Shown here piece after piece: positions 28,515-39,173 of a stretch of 64,000 bases of DNA. Numbering within the stretch: the first letter of the stretch is position 1; the number at the start of each line of letters is the position of its first letter. The notes below the pieces were generated by a model, which made no database searches, was not told the DNA's origin, and was given only the letters and a program-made list of their open reading frames with translations. Source of the DNA: a bacterium (GTDB lineage Bacteria; UBA8248; JACPRG01; G963555815). The stretch covers positions 160,001 through 224,000 of the forward strand of contig CBDHDG010000003.1 of NCBI GenBank assembly GCA_965261595.1, in the 5' to 3' direction. Both the position numbers and the translations under genes were made by a program.

Positions 28515-29949
28515 GAGGGTATGCCAAACTTAGTTGAAAATTGACGGAGCGCCCCCCCCGTGGTGGAGTTGGGTTGTGTGAGATGCACATCCACCCACCG
28601 AAGGAAAGGAGACGCTCCATGAACACGGTGCGACGAGGGAAGAGGCAGGTCAAGGGTGAAGAGCCGAAGCGGGTCACGTTGGCGGATTTTGCGCTGCATG
28701 CTCCGGCTTACACGTTGGTCGAGTCTCTCCAGGCGTTGATCCCTTTGGGGTTGATGGCGGTGGGGGATTGTCTGAAGGCGGACGTGGCACGCTTGGCGGG
28801 GGCGCGCTGCCGTCGTGGGGACGGCTTGGCCGGTCACGTGCGGTGGGGCCGTCAGCGAGGCTCGGTGTATTTGGCCGATCAGAAGCTGCCCATCCAGGTT
28901 CCTCGGGTCAGAAATCGCCTCACCGGCCAGGAGGCGCCGCTGGAGACGTACACGCGCTTGCAGAGGCCGCGCGGGGCCGATGCCGGGCTGTTCCGCCGGG
29001 TGCTGAAGGGGCTGAGTTGTCGGGACTATGAGGGATGCGCCGAGGCGGCGCCCGAGGCCTTTGGGCTTTCCCCCTCGGCGGTCTCGCGCCGCTTCATCCG
29101 GGCCAGCGCCCGCAAGCTCAAAGAGCTCTGCGAGCGCCCCCCCTGCAAGGGTATGACTTCGTGGGCCTGGTCCTGGACGGCAAGCGCTTTGAGGACGACC
29201 TCATGGTGATTGCCCTGGGCATCACGGTTCAGGGCGAAAAGGTGGTGTTGGGGTTTGTTCAGACCGGGACCGGGACCGAGCGGGCGTTGACGGCGTTTTT
29301 GCGGGAGTTGGTGGAGCGGGGGCTGCGCTCTGAGGCAGGTCTGCTCTGTGTGATCGACGGCTCCAAGGGCCTTCGGGCGGCGATCCGGCGGGTTTTTGAG
29401 GCACACGCGGTGGTGCAGCGCTGCCAGTGGCATAAGCGCGAGGGCGTGCTCAGCCACCTGCCCAAGGGCCGGCAGGGGCGCATCGGGCGGAAACTCCAGG
29501 CGGCTTATGATGAGCCCACTTGCGAGGGGGCCAAGGGGGCGCTCGGGAGGCTTCGCAAAGAGCTTGAGCTGCTCAACCGCTCGGCGGTGAAGAGCCTGGA
29601 CGAAGGCCTGGAGGAGACCTTGACGCTCCATCGCCTGGGGGTCTTGTCCCATCTTGGGGAGAAGCCTGAAGACGACGAACTGCTTGGAGTCGATCATGTC
29701 GCTCATTGCTCAGCGAACGGACAGGGTGGACCACTGGCGCAACAGCGACCAGAAGCAGCGCTGGGTGGCCACGGCGCTCCTCGACATCGAGCCTCGGCTG
29801 AACCGGATCCAGGGCTGCCGGCATCTGCAGGTCTTGAGGGCCGCCATCCGCTCTGCGCTCGGCCTTCGGGCTGACAGCGACGAGCGCGAGGTGGCCTAAC
29901 ATGCACCCAGGGGTCACTCCGGAATTTCAACTAAGTATGGCATTGACTC
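28515..29949 (+). mobile_element. IS256-family element B, copy 2
   Basis: Near-identical to 23894-25327 in inverted orientation, with a perfect 8-bp TSD GAATTGAC. Confidence 0.95.
28619..29899 (+). pseudogene. IS256-family transposase with the same two frameshifts as copy 1
   Basis: C7 run at about 29137-29143 and G4 run at about 29656-29659 break the frame. Confidence 0.88.
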
Positions 29950-30121
29950 GAATTGACCACTCTTTGCTATTTAGCCCGATTAGACCCCCTCTCTACCGGA
30001 CCTGTCACCGCCTTTTCGGGAGCTACACCCGCATCGAGTACGCGGAGAACGTCCACCGGCAGCCGTTCACCCCGTAAAAGATCGTGGCGATTCCCCGGAC
30101 GCTGGAGAAGGCGAATCCGGG

Positions 30122-30470
30122 GGACACCAAACTTATTTTTGCATATGCCCCCTTTTTCGTCCTGGCTTTTGCCGTTGCAGGATACGACCCAATGCCTGTT
30201 CAAGCTTTTTCCCGACCCTTTCAAGCAGGGGCTTGACTTTCACCAGATCGTTGCCTTTGTCTGAGATATGCGCCGCTCCATGGATAAGCCCCGGGGTCCC
30301 CAGCCCGTACCGGGTTGAGCTCCACGCACCGTGTCGCTGCCAAAAGGTCTCCTGCCCGCGATTGCCCCGCTGAGTGACGGGTAAGCCTGGCGCCGCGACC
30401 CGTGCGATTCTTGCCATGCTCAGGCACTATGGCGGCGCAAACCAAAAGTCAAGAATTAAGTATGGTGTCC
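30122..30470 (-). mobile_element. Internally deleted RAYT/Y1 transposase element bounded by inverted motifs
   Basis: Fragments MARIARVAAPGLPVTQRGN, VELNPVRAG, YPWS and LGRILQRQKPGRK lie between GGACACCAAACTTA (30122) and TAAGTATGGTGTCC (30470). Confidence 0.75.
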
Positions 30471-30480
30471 TTAGAATCCC

Positions 30481-30867
30481 CTAGAATCTCTTCCGAATCC
30501 CCCCGAATGGGGATGGAGAGGCGGACAACAGAAACCCGACCCGGCCCTGGAACGGCGAGGGCTTGATCCGGGACACCCAGTTGATGGTGTTCTTGAGCGT
30601 CCCGGGTATGGAATGGTTGTACTCGGGCGAGCCGATCATGAGGCCGTCGGCGGCCTCCAAGCGCCGCTGGAATTCGCGGGCCCCCTCGGGCACGCCCGAG
30701 GAGGCTTCCACGTTCCCGGCGTAAAGCGGCATGTCGAACTCGCCGTATTCGGCCAGATCGGCCGCCGCGCCGCCCATTTCCCGGGCGATGTCGACCGCGA
30801 TTTCATTGAGCCTTCGGTTCATGGATCTCTTGCGGACGGAAGCGGCAAAAGCGAGAACTCTAAGCAT
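30481..30867 (-). pseudogene. NADPH-dependent FMN reductase (flavodoxin-like), C-terminally truncated
   Basis: SVRKRSMN, SPEYNHSIPGTLKN and SASPSPFGG motifs. Ends at 128 aa directly at the RAYT element boundary. Confidence 0.75.
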
Positions 30868-30939
30868 TCCTTTCGACTCCTAAATCTCACCTGATACCAC
30901 AGAACTGACCGGATTGCTCTTCTATCCGACCGGCCCTCC

Positions 30940-31641
30940 TCACACGTCCACCCCCAGAAATCTCATCAGGATGGACCGATCGGCCCGCAGGTCGTCCGGG
31001 ACGGCCTCGTGCTGAACCTCTCCCTTCTCCATCAAGTAGATGCGGCTGGCAACGGCCAGGGCCGTCTCCACCTGCTGCTCCACCAGGAGGATCGTCATCC
31101 CGTTCCGATTCATCGACTGAATCGCCTCTTTCAGCGTTTCGATCAGGGCGGGCGCGAGGCCTTCCGTTGGCTCGTCCAGGACCAGAAGCTTCGGTCCGGT
31201 CATCAGGGCGCGCCCGATGGCCAGCATCTGTTGCTCTCCGCCGCTCAACGTGCCGCCCCACTGGCCGAAGCGCTCTTTCAACACCGGGAAATACTCAAGG
31301 ACCGATTCCAGGCGCCGCGACGGGATCCTCCCTTTCAGGACGGCCGCTTCAAGGTTCTCCCGAACGGTGAGTTTCGGAAAGATGCGCCGCCCCTGAGGTG
31401 TGTATCCGATGCCGAGGCGCGGGATCTTATGAGCGGGCAGGGCCGTCACGTCACGGTCCTCGAAGCGGATTCTCCCCGCCGCGGGCGGGACCAGTTTCAT
31501 CAGCGTCCGCAGCGTGGTGGTCTTCCCCACCCCGTTTCTCCCCAGGATACAGACCGTCTCACCCGGCGCCACGTGGAGGTTCACCCCATGCAGCACATGG
31601 CTCTTCCCGAAATAGGTGTGAATTTCCTCGAGACGAATCAT
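30940..31641 (-). CDS. Branched-chain amino acid-type ABC transporter ATPase (LivF-like)
   Basis: GRNGVGKTT, LSGGEQQM and LDEPTEGLAP motifs. Confidence 0.92.
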   Translation of the reverse strand: MIRLEEIHTYFGKSHVLHGVNLHVAPGETVCILGRNGVGKTTTLRTLMKLVPPAAGRIRFEDRDVTALPAHKIPRLGIGYTPQGRRIFPKLTVRENLEAAVLKGRIPSRRLESVLEYFPVLKERFGQWGGTLSGGEQQMLAIGRALMTGPKLLVLDEPTEGLAPALIETLKEAIQSMNRNGMTILLVEQQVETALAVASRIYLMEKGEVQHEAVPDDLRADRSILMRFLGVDV

Positions 31642-32384
31642 GCGGTCCCCCGCAGGTACACGTCCTGGACCTCTTCGTTGGCGCGGATGGATTGCGTGTC
31701 CCCCTCGGCGATCTTCCGCCCTTGATGGAACACCGAAATGGTTTTCGCTACCTCCATGAGGAACTTGATGTCGTGTTCGATGAGGACGATCGTAAGGGAT
31801 TCGCCGAGCGTGCCGATGAGCGGAATGAGTTTCCGGGTCTCAGCCGCGCTCAGGCCCGCCGTGGGTTCGTCCATCAGCAGGAGCGCCGGGGCGGTGCTCA
31901 GGGCCAGTCCAATCTCCAAGAGTCTCTGATCTCCGTGCGACAGGTCGGCGGCGGGGGTTTTCCGCAGAGCGCCGAGCCCCATCCATTCCAGAATCCGGCC
32001 GATCCGGTCCCGGGGCGATCTTCCTCCGTCGGCGGCGGCGTTCACGCCCACCCAGAGGTTTTCCTCCACCGAGAGGCCGGGGAAGATGCTGGTGACCTGG
32101 AGGGTCCGGGCGACGCCCAGGCGGGCGATGGCGTGGGCGGGAAGGCCGGTGACCCGCTCCCCCCGAAAGAAGACCTCCCCCTCGTCGGGGGAGAGGAGCC
32201 CGGTGATGACATTGAATAACGTTGTTTTCCCCGCTCCGTTGGGGCCGATGATGGCATGGAGATCCCCCGGACGGACTTGAAGATCGACGGCGGTCAAGGC
32301 CGCCAATCCGCCGAAGTGTTTCGTGATCCGCCGGGCTTCAAGGAGCGGACTTTGGTGTTCCGCCGAGTGGGCGCCTTGAATCAC
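31638..32384 (-). CDS. Branched-chain amino acid-type ABC transporter ATPase (LivG-like)
   Basis: FGGLAAL, GPNGAGKTT, LSHGDQR, MDEPTAG and VQDVYL motifs. Confidence 0.92.
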   Translation of the reverse strand: MIQGAHSAEHQSPLLEARRITKHFGGLAALTAVDLQVRPGDLHAIIGPNGAGKTTLFNVITGLLSPDEGEVFFRGERVTGLPAHAIARLGVARTLQVTSIFPGLSVEENLWVGVNAAADGGRSPRDRIGRILEWMGLGALRKTPAADLSHGDQRLLEIGLALSTAPALLLMDEPTAGLSAAETRKLIPLIGTLGESLTIVLIEHDIKFLMEVAKTISVFHQGRKIAEGDTQSIRANEEVQDVYLRGTA

Positions 32385-32423
32385 AAATCCTTCCTTTTCG
32401 TTGTTCCCTGAAATTCCGGCCGC

Positions 32424-33443
32424 CTAAAACTTCCAACTCCCTCTGATCCGCCGGCGCGCAAATCCCAGAATGCCCCGGGGAGCGAAGATCACGATTCCCA
32501 GCATCAGAACGCCCACGACGATTGGGTATCCCTTGGGCCACCAGGACGAAAGATAATCTTTGGCCACCAGAAGGACCCCCGCGCCGAGGACCGGTCCCAC
32601 CAGTGTGCCCGTCCCACCCAGCAGGGTCCAAATCATGACGTCCCCCGAAATAAACCAGTGGAAATAGTCCTGGTTGGCGAACTGGGTTACGGCGGTCGAG
32701 TACAGCGCGCCCGACAACCCTGTGAACACGCCCGCGAGGATAAACGCCCGAAGTTTCTGGTTTCGGACGTCATAACCCAACAACGCCGCGCGGTCCTCGT
32801 TCTCCCGAATGGCCTCGAAGACCCGCCCTTGCCGGGAGCCCACAAACCACCGCAGGGCCAGAAACGCCAGAGAGACCACAACCAGAACAAAATAGTACGC
32901 CGAGATGGGTTTGCTGAGCGAACCCTTCCAAAATCCCAGGCGGAGCGCCGGAACGTTAAAAGGAATCCCCGCGTCTCCACCTGTTACACGCTGCCAGTGG
33001 TTGGCAATCAGGTAGAAAACGACGGACGTGAGGGCGGTCAGGATGATAAAGCCGGCCGTCCCGACGCGCACGGCGAAAAAACCGATGAACCACGCGGAGA
33101 TCAGGGCCAGGACCAGTCCGGCCAACAAGGCCGTCCAGAGATTGACATGAAACCAGTGAACGGAGAGGGCGACCCCGTAAACGCCCATCCCGAAGAACAC
33201 GGATTGGCCGAAGCTCAGAAGACCCGCGTAACCGTACAGAAGGTCGAAGGCCATGGCGAACAGGCCCCAGACCAGAATCTCCGTCAAGAGCGTCTGCCAG
33301 AAAAGACTCAGATAAGGGGGCAAAAAAACCAGAAGGGCGAAGATGACCAGGAGAATTCCGTGAAAGACCCTCTGTCCTCGGGGTTGACGGGTGTGAATTG
33401 ATTCAGAGAAATCCTGGTTTTTCGCTGTGGGGGATGCGGCCAT
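32424..33443 (-). CDS. Branched-chain amino acid-type ABC permease (LivM-like)
   Basis: GYAGLLSFGQ, TGGDAG, AIRENEDRA and LLGGTGTLVGP motifs. Confidence 0.9.
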   Translation of the reverse strand: MAASPTAKNQDFSESIHTRQPRGQRVFHGILLVIFALLVFLPPYLSLFWQTLLTEILVWGLFAMAFDLLYGYAGLLSFGQSVFFGMGVYGVALSVHWFHVNLWTALLAGLVLALISAWFIGFFAVRVGTAGFIILTALTSVVFYLIANHWQRVTGGDAGIPFNVPALRLGFWKGSLSKPISAYYFVLVVVSLAFLALRWFVGSRQGRVFEAIRENEDRAALLGYDVRNQKLRAFILAGVFTGLSGALYSTAVTQFANQDYFHWFISGDVMIWTLLGGTGTLVGPVLGAGVLLVAKDYLSSWWPKGYPIVVGVLMLGIVIFAPRGILGFARRRIRGSWKF

Positions 33444-34306
33444 CAGGCCTCCTCGAACAGACCCTGCGGCCGGAAGAGAAGAATTCCGGCCATCACCAGG
33501 AGGGCGGCCACCCGGGCCGGCGTCGGCGCGAGAAAGATGCTCGCAATCCCGACCAGCTCCCCCACCAACAGGGCCGATATCACCGAGCCTTTCAGACTTC
33601 CGACCCCTCCGATGATGACGACGATGAAGGCCAAGATGATGATGTCAATCCCCATTCGGAAATCAACGCCGACAATGGGCGCGGTCAACACGCCGCTCAG
33701 GGCGGCCAGATAAGCCCCCAGCCCGAATGTCAGGGTGTATACGGTCGTGACCGGGATTCCCAGTGCCAGGGCCATTTCCTTGTCTTGCTTGACGGCCCGA
33801 ATCCAGAGCCCGGCCCGGGTCTTGTGCAAAAAGGCCCATGTCCCGAAAAGGATGAAGATCGCGAACGCCGCCACCAAAATACGGTAGCCGGAGTAGCCGA
33901 AATCCCAGAAGGAGAGTCGGAATTGGACGGGTTCCGGGACCATCCTTCCCGCCCCCCCGAACGTCAGCAGCACGACCTGCTGAAAGATGAGCAACAGGGC
34001 GAATGTAGCGATGATGGTCATGACCGGATTCTTTTCGATGGGTCGCAGGACCGTCCGCTCAAGCGCCATCCCCAGGATTCCCACCCCAATTGGCGCCACG
34101 GCCAATCCAAACCAGAAGTTGCCTGTCCACTCGATGATGTACCAGGCCAGGACCGCTCCGAGCATGTAGAGCGTGCCGTGGGCGATATTGATGATCTGGA
34201 GAAGGCCGAAGATGAGGCTGAGACCCAGGGAAATGAGGGCCAAGATCCAACCCCAGACAAAGCCATTCAGGATCTGGAGAAGAACCTGGGACGCCACGGA
34301 AATCAA
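33443..34306 (-). CDS. Branched-chain amino acid-type ABC permease (LivH-like)
   Basis: GLSLIFG...INIAHG, IRAV and AFIVVIIGGVGS motifs. Confidence 0.9.
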   Translation of the reverse strand: MISVASQVLLQILNGFVWGWILALISLGLSLIFGLLQIINIAHGTLYMLGAVLAWYIIEWTGNFWFGLAVAPIGVGILGMALERTVLRPIEKNPVMTIIATFALLLIFQQVVLLTFGGAGRMVPEPVQFRLSFWDFGYSGYRILVAAFAIFILFGTWAFLHKTRAGLWIRAVKQDKEMALALGIPVTTVYTLTFGLGAYLAALSGVLTAPIVGVDFRMGIDIIILAFIVVIIGGVGSLKGSVISALLVGELVGIASIFLAPTPARVAALLVMAGILLFRPQGLFEEA

Positions 34307-34421
34307 AGCTCCCGAGCCGAGGAACGATGCGAAACTGAACGAGGGCCGCGCCCCTTTCCTTTAGAACCAAAAGGGTGCGCGGCCCTCGTCGTGGGATGGC
34401 TGGATGAACCGCCCGCTGAGG

Positions 34422-35705
34422 TTAAAAACCCATCTTTCGGAGATCGACCGGGGGCGGGTACATGCCCATTTCCTTCGGAAAGGATTTGACCACGACGTAG
34501 CGGTCGCCCTGGGTCTGTTCGATGTAGTAATCGCGGAAGGCCCGGTGGTCTTGCGGACGGATCACCATATCGCCCGCCGGAAAACCGGGGCCTGCTTTAA
34601 ATGACATTCCTTCCAGGGTCTCGACCAGTTTCGGGTTGTCGTCCCGGCTCTTCCAGCCGCTGGCTTCAACGCCCGCCTTGATGACGTGAACGTTGGTCCA
34701 GGGCACCCAGTAATGCTCGCCGGTCGTGGCCCACTTGCCGCCCACGTCCATGCCCACCTTGTCGATCCCGCAGGCCTTCCGGATGGCGGCGTTGTAGGCC
34801 CGGAGATTCTTGGGGATCTGGCTGAGCTCCCGGGGGAGCTCACTGACGTAGTGAGAGCCCTGAGCGGCCGGGCCCAGGTGCTTGGGACTCATCCCCTCAA
34901 TCGCGCCCATGCTGCCGAAGAGCTTGGCCTTCTTCAGGAGCCCGAGCTGGTCGGCGTCTTTGATGAGACGGGTGACGCTCGGTCCCCACGAGACCTGGTA
35001 GAGCACCTCGGTGTCCCGGCTGACTTTTCCCAGGGAGGGGACGTAGTCGTTGGTCCCGATGGGGACGTAGAACTCGCCCAGATTCTCTCCGCCCACCTTC
35101 CGGATCCGCTCGGTGAAGTCTTTGGCGTGGCCGCGTCCCCAAGCGGATTCAAAACCCACGAAGCTCCACTTCTTCCCCAGGTTTTTCACCGCCCAGCGGT
35201 AGGACACCTCCGCCTTGACGCGGGTGTTGTGCCCCAGGCGGAAGACGTAGCGGTTGGCCTCCGGCGCGCCCGGATCGATGGGAACGTCATCGGAGGGGAA
35301 ATAGAGGACGTTCAGGCTTTTGGCCAGGGCGCCGCTGACCCCCGTGATCCCCGATTGGATGGTCCCCAGAATGAAATCGGCCCCTTCTCGAAGGACCAGC
35401 CGCCGCATCGCGCGGGCGCCCGTCTTGGGGTCGGAGGCGGTATCTCCCGTCTCCAGCTTGAGCTTCCTTCCGGCGATGCCTCCTTCACTGTTGAGCTTCT
35501 TGACGACGGCCTTGGCCGAGCGGTCGTTCCAGAATCCGAAGATGGCCGAGACGCCCGTCAATTCCCCTTGGTGGCCGATGATGAGGTCTTTGGCCGCCCT
35601 GGGCGCCCGCATCGGAAAGTGGTACACCGTGAATCCCGCCGCCCCCGCCGCCGCGGTCTTCAGGAACTTTCGCCGCGAGATCTTACGCTCCCCGCTCTTC
35701 TTCAT
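34422..35705 (-). CDS. Liv-family (type 1) substrate-binding protein with Tat signal
   Basis: SRRKFLK twin-arginine signal, LNSEGGIAGR motif, first gene of the liv-type operon. Confidence 0.88.
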   Translation of the reverse strand: MKKSGERKISRRKFLKTAAAGAAGFTVYHFPMRAPRAAKDLIIGHQGELTGVSAIFGFWNDRSAKAVVKKLNSEGGIAGRKLKLETGDTASDPKTGARAMRRLVLREGADFILGTIQSGITGVSGALAKSLNVLYFPSDDVPIDPGAPEANRYVFRLGHNTRVKAEVSYRWAVKNLGKKWSFVGFESAWGRGHAKDFTERIRKVGGENLGEFYVPIGTNDYVPSLGKVSRDTEVLYQVSWGPSVTRLIKDADQLGLLKKAKLFGSMGAIEGMSPKHLGPAAQGSHYVSELPRELSQIPKNLRAYNAAIRKACGIDKVGMDVGGKWATTGEHYWVPWTNVHVIKAGVEASGWKSRDDNPKLVETLEGMSFKAGPGFPAGDMVIRPQDHRAFRDYYIEQTQGDRYVVVKSFPKEMGMYPPPVDLRKMGF

Positions 35706-36011
35706 CTTTTTTCCCTCCCTCGTCAAAAGACGTCTTGGACGGTGTCCGCTTCGGTGAGTCTCGGCCGGCGTGAGGCATCCCCTTCGAGAAAAAATCTTGT
35801 TTTTTCATGGCTCACTTTGGGGGAATTCTAGCACATTTCCGCCAAAATCCAGCCGTTCCTCCCATCGCGCGATGGCGTTGACCGCTCACTTCCCCATTGC
35901 GCGCGGGCAGCCGTTTGATGGAAAGGCGGCTTTCCCCGATGAATCCGCCCCTCGGCGTCCCGGACGCCCGTTGGGCGGGTCAGGCCGGCGGGCCTTCGCG
36001 CGCCGGGGCCG

Positions 36012-38378
36012 TTACGAGCCGCCGTTCTTCCCGAGGGCGGCCAGAATGCGGTCGGGGGAGAAGGGCATGTCGTGAAGGCGCACGCCGATGGCGTCGCAGA
36101 TGGCGTTGGCCACTGCCGCGGCCGTCGGCACCAGGGCCGGCTCGCCGATCCCCTTGGCGCCGAAAGGACCCGTCGGGTCTTCGTCTTCCACCAGGAGCGG
36201 ATAGACCCGCGGCATGTCCAAGGTGGTGGGGATCTTGTAATCGAGCAGCGTCGGGTTCGTCACCGCGCCGTTCTCGAACACCATCTCCTCGGAAAACAGC
36301 CACCCCACGCCGATGGACACCGCCCCCTCGATCTGTCCCTCGCATCCCGCGGGGCTGATGGCCTTTCCGACGTCGTGGGCGGAGTGAAGGCTCGTGACCT
36401 CGACCAGGCCGGTCTCGGTGTCCACCTCCACTTCGGCGATCTGGGTGCCGAAGATGAATGCGGGGAGCGACATGAAATTCCACCCCTCGATTTCCATGTC
36501 TTCGGGTTGCTCGTACTTGGGCGGGTCGAAGCTCGAACCCTTTCCCAGGAGGACCCCGCCGTCCACATAGAGGCCGTACATGACCACATCGTCATAAGCA
36601 GTGCGGCGGTCCGGCGCGCTTCGGACGTAGACCTCGCCGTTGTCCATCTCGAGGTCCTGCGGATCGGCCTCGAGCATCGCGGCGGCGATTTTCAGGAAAT
36701 GCTCCTTGACCTCGGCCGCGGCGCGGATGATGGCGTTTCCGGTGTTGTAGGTGGTCCGGCTGGCGTCGGTCGCCCAGTCGAAAGGCGTGGTGAGGGTGTC
36801 CGACATGACAATCGAGACCCGCTCATAAGGGACGCTCAGCGCCTCCGCGGCAATCTGCGACAGGACGGTCCTTTGTCCGGCGCCCACCTCCGTCCCGCCC
36901 GCCAGAACCGTGACGGACCCGCCGGCCTCCATCTTGACGATGGCACTGGACGCGAAGATGGCGCTCACGTGCTGCATCGAGGCCACGCCGATGCCGGTCT
37001 TTTTTTTCGGGTCGCTGGATTTCGGAGTGGGCTTCCGGCGGTTTTCCCAGTCCCAGCCCGTGCTCTCCGCTGCCCGGCGAAGCGTTTCCTTGTAGGCGCT
37101 GTGGGGCGTGGGTTGGCCCGACAAAAGCCGCTGTCCGCTCGCAATCCCGTTTTTCATCCGGAACTCGACGGGATCGATGCCGATCTCCTTCGCCAAGTCA
37201 TCCAGTTGAGATTCCCCCGCGAAGTGGACCTGCGGGCCGCCGTACCCCCGGTATCCTCCGAACGGAAGCTTGTGGGTGTAGACGAGGCTTGCCTCCAGGC
37301 GGATGTCGGGAATTTCGTAGGGACCGCGCGCATGCGTGATGGCGGCCCCGATCACGCCGGGTCCCTGGTGGGCGTAGGCGCCGGAATCCGCGACGAAATT
37401 GATCTCTCTTGCGGTAATGCGGCCGTCCTTCTTGACGCCGGTCTTGAATTTCAGCCGGAAAGGGTGCCTCGGGGTGCCGGAGATGAATTCCTCCTCGCGG
37501 GTCAGGACAATCTTCACCGGACGGCGTGTCTGCCGGGCGAGGAGCACCGCGTGGGGCTCGACGCGGACGTCCAGCTTTCCGCCGAACCCCCCGCCGATGA
37601 ACGGCGCGACGACCCGGACCTCGCTGGGGTGAAGCCCCAGACACTCGACCAACCCCTTCCGGACCTCGGCGACCGTCTGGGTGCTTGTCCAGACGGTGAC
37701 GTGCCCTTTCGCATTCACCTGGGCCACCGCGGCGTGGGGCTCCAGGTAGCACTGGTGGTGGGTCACGGTCTCAAACCGCTGCTCCAGGATGTGATCGGCC
37801 TCATCGAACCCCTTGTCCGGATTCCCCATGAGGAGCTTGATTCGGGACGCGACGTTCCCATTCCGGATGGGTTCGTATCCCGGAACGGGCTTATACCGAT
37901 CCAGGTTCTCATGGACCAGCGGCGCGTCGGGCTTCATGGCCTCGATGGGATCGAAGACGGCGGGAAGGTCCTCGTAATCGACGTCGATCAACTCGGCGGC
38001 CTCTTCCGCCGCGTCTTCATCCCCCGCCGCGACAACCGCAATCGCCTCGCCGACGAATCGGACCTTCTCATGCGCCAGGATGGCATGGTCCCGAATGTAC
38101 GCCCCGACGGTGAGAAGGTTGCCGTCTTCATCTTTCGGGCAACCCTCCGCCGTGAGGACGGCTTTCACCCCGGAGACCTTGAGGGCCTTTGATGCGTCGA
38201 TATGGAGGATCTTGGCGTGGGGCAGTTTGGAGCGGAGGAATTTTCCGTAAAGTATGCCCGGCAGGTGCATGTCCGTCGCGAAGGTGCCGGTGCCCGTTGC
38301 CTTTTCAGCCCCGTCCTCGCGAATCACGTTTTTCCCGACCCACCTATGCTCCTTCACGTCTTCCCCCTGGACACTCAT
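36012..38378 (-). CDS. Xanthine dehydrogenase-family molybdopterin-binding subunit
   Basis: RSKLPHAKI, YLEPH, GGGFGGK, GYRGYGG, EGQIEG and GAKGIGE motifs. Confidence 0.92.
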   Translation of the reverse strand: MSVQGEDVKEHRWVGKNVIREDGAEKATGTGTFATDMHLPGILYGKFLRSKLPHAKILHIDASKALKVSGVKAVLTAEGCPKDEDGNLLTVGAYIRDHAILAHEKVRFVGEAIAVVAAGDEDAAEEAAELIDVDYEDLPAVFDPIEAMKPDAPLVHENLDRYKPVPGYEPIRNGNVASRIKLLMGNPDKGFDEADHILEQRFETVTHHQCYLEPHAAVAQVNAKGHVTVWTSTQTVAEVRKGLVECLGLHPSEVRVVAPFIGGGFGGKLDVRVEPHAVLLARQTRRPVKIVLTREEEFISGTPRHPFRLKFKTGVKKDGRITAREINFVADSGAYAHQGPGVIGAAITHARGPYEIPDIRLEASLVYTHKLPFGGYRGYGGPQVHFAGESQLDDLAKEIGIDPVEFRMKNGIASGQRLLSGQPTPHSAYKETLRRAAESTGWDWENRRKPTPKSSDPKKKTGIGVASMQHVSAIFASSAIVKMEAGGSVTVLAGGTEVGAGQRTVLSQIAAEALSVPYERVSIVMSDTLTTPFDWATDASRTTYNTGNAIIRAAAEVKEHFLKIAAAMLEADPQDLEMDNGEVYVRSAPDRRTAYDDVVMYGLYVDGGVLLGKGSSFDPPKYEQPEDMEIEGWNFMSLPAFIFGTQIAEVEVDTETGLVEVTSLHSAHDVGKAISPAGCEGQIEGAVSIGVGWLFSEEMVFENGAVTNPTLLDYKIPTTLDMPRVYPLLVEDEDPTGPFGAKGIGEPALVPTAAAVANAICDAIGVRLHDMPFSPDRILAALGKNGGS

Positions 38379-38605
38379 GAATTCTCTCGTTGGAAATGGA
38401 AGGCTTGCCTCCATTCTAACCTGCTATGAAGACGAGCTGTCAAGTATAGCTGATCCTTTTTGTTGTAACCCTGTCTTCGCTGCTGTTTGGACCGTCTCTC
38501 ACCAGCCGTCTATTCGGGGTCCTGCCTCGGCCCCAGGTTTCGGTTCGGCGAGCCAGGCCCCATACGGATTTATGAGCTGTTTCGCTCACCAGGTTACCCG
38601 GCGAA

Positions 38606-38870
38606 TCGGGGGGACACCATACTTATTTCTGCTTATGCCCCTGTTTTCGTCCTGGATTCTGCCGTTGCAGGATACAGGAAAAGAATAAGATCAGATCTTA
38701 CATTCCAACATCCAGGGTATAGCAAGATAGGGTCAGGTCTCGAATTATTAGCTTCAAGATTGAACCCGGTTCCGCGAAGGGCAGTGCCCTCGAACGACGC
38801 TCAGTAAAATCACCCACCGAGCACCAGTGGTAATCCGAAAATTCAAAAATCCCATGTGGACTATCAGGGG
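38606..38870 (-). pseudogene. Degenerate RAYT C-terminal remnant plus boundary motif
   Basis: ILQRQNPGRKQGHKQK* followed by AAGTATGGTGTCCCC, closely matching 30113-30185. A DYHWCS segment upstream resembles the RAYT DYxWSS motif. Confidence 0.55.
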
Positions 38871-39173
38871 GAAGCTAATTCGCCCGGCATTCTGCAGAAC
38901 CGTCCCTACAGTGTAAATCTTTGCCAGGAGCTATTCCGAATTCATTGGATTTTCGTGTCTCTTACGCCTAAATAGATGTAGGACCATTCGTGGGTTCAAC
39001 CCAAGCGGAAGGCGGTCAAGGAAGCCACAGCAAAAACCTCATGGCCAACCGGCGAGACGCCTTGGAATCCACCGGGCCAGAAAACGCTAACGGCAAAGGG
39101 GCAGGGTGCGACAAAGGTAAAAGTGAAAAACAAAGCCAAATTTCTGTTGGTATATAAAGATTTTCTGTTTGAC

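Noticed and set aside
23894..29949. Composite transposon formed by the two inverted IS256-B copies around IS3 and the binding-protein gene
   Set aside because: Each copy has its own target duplication (CAAAGCAA and GAATTGAC), indicating independent insertions.
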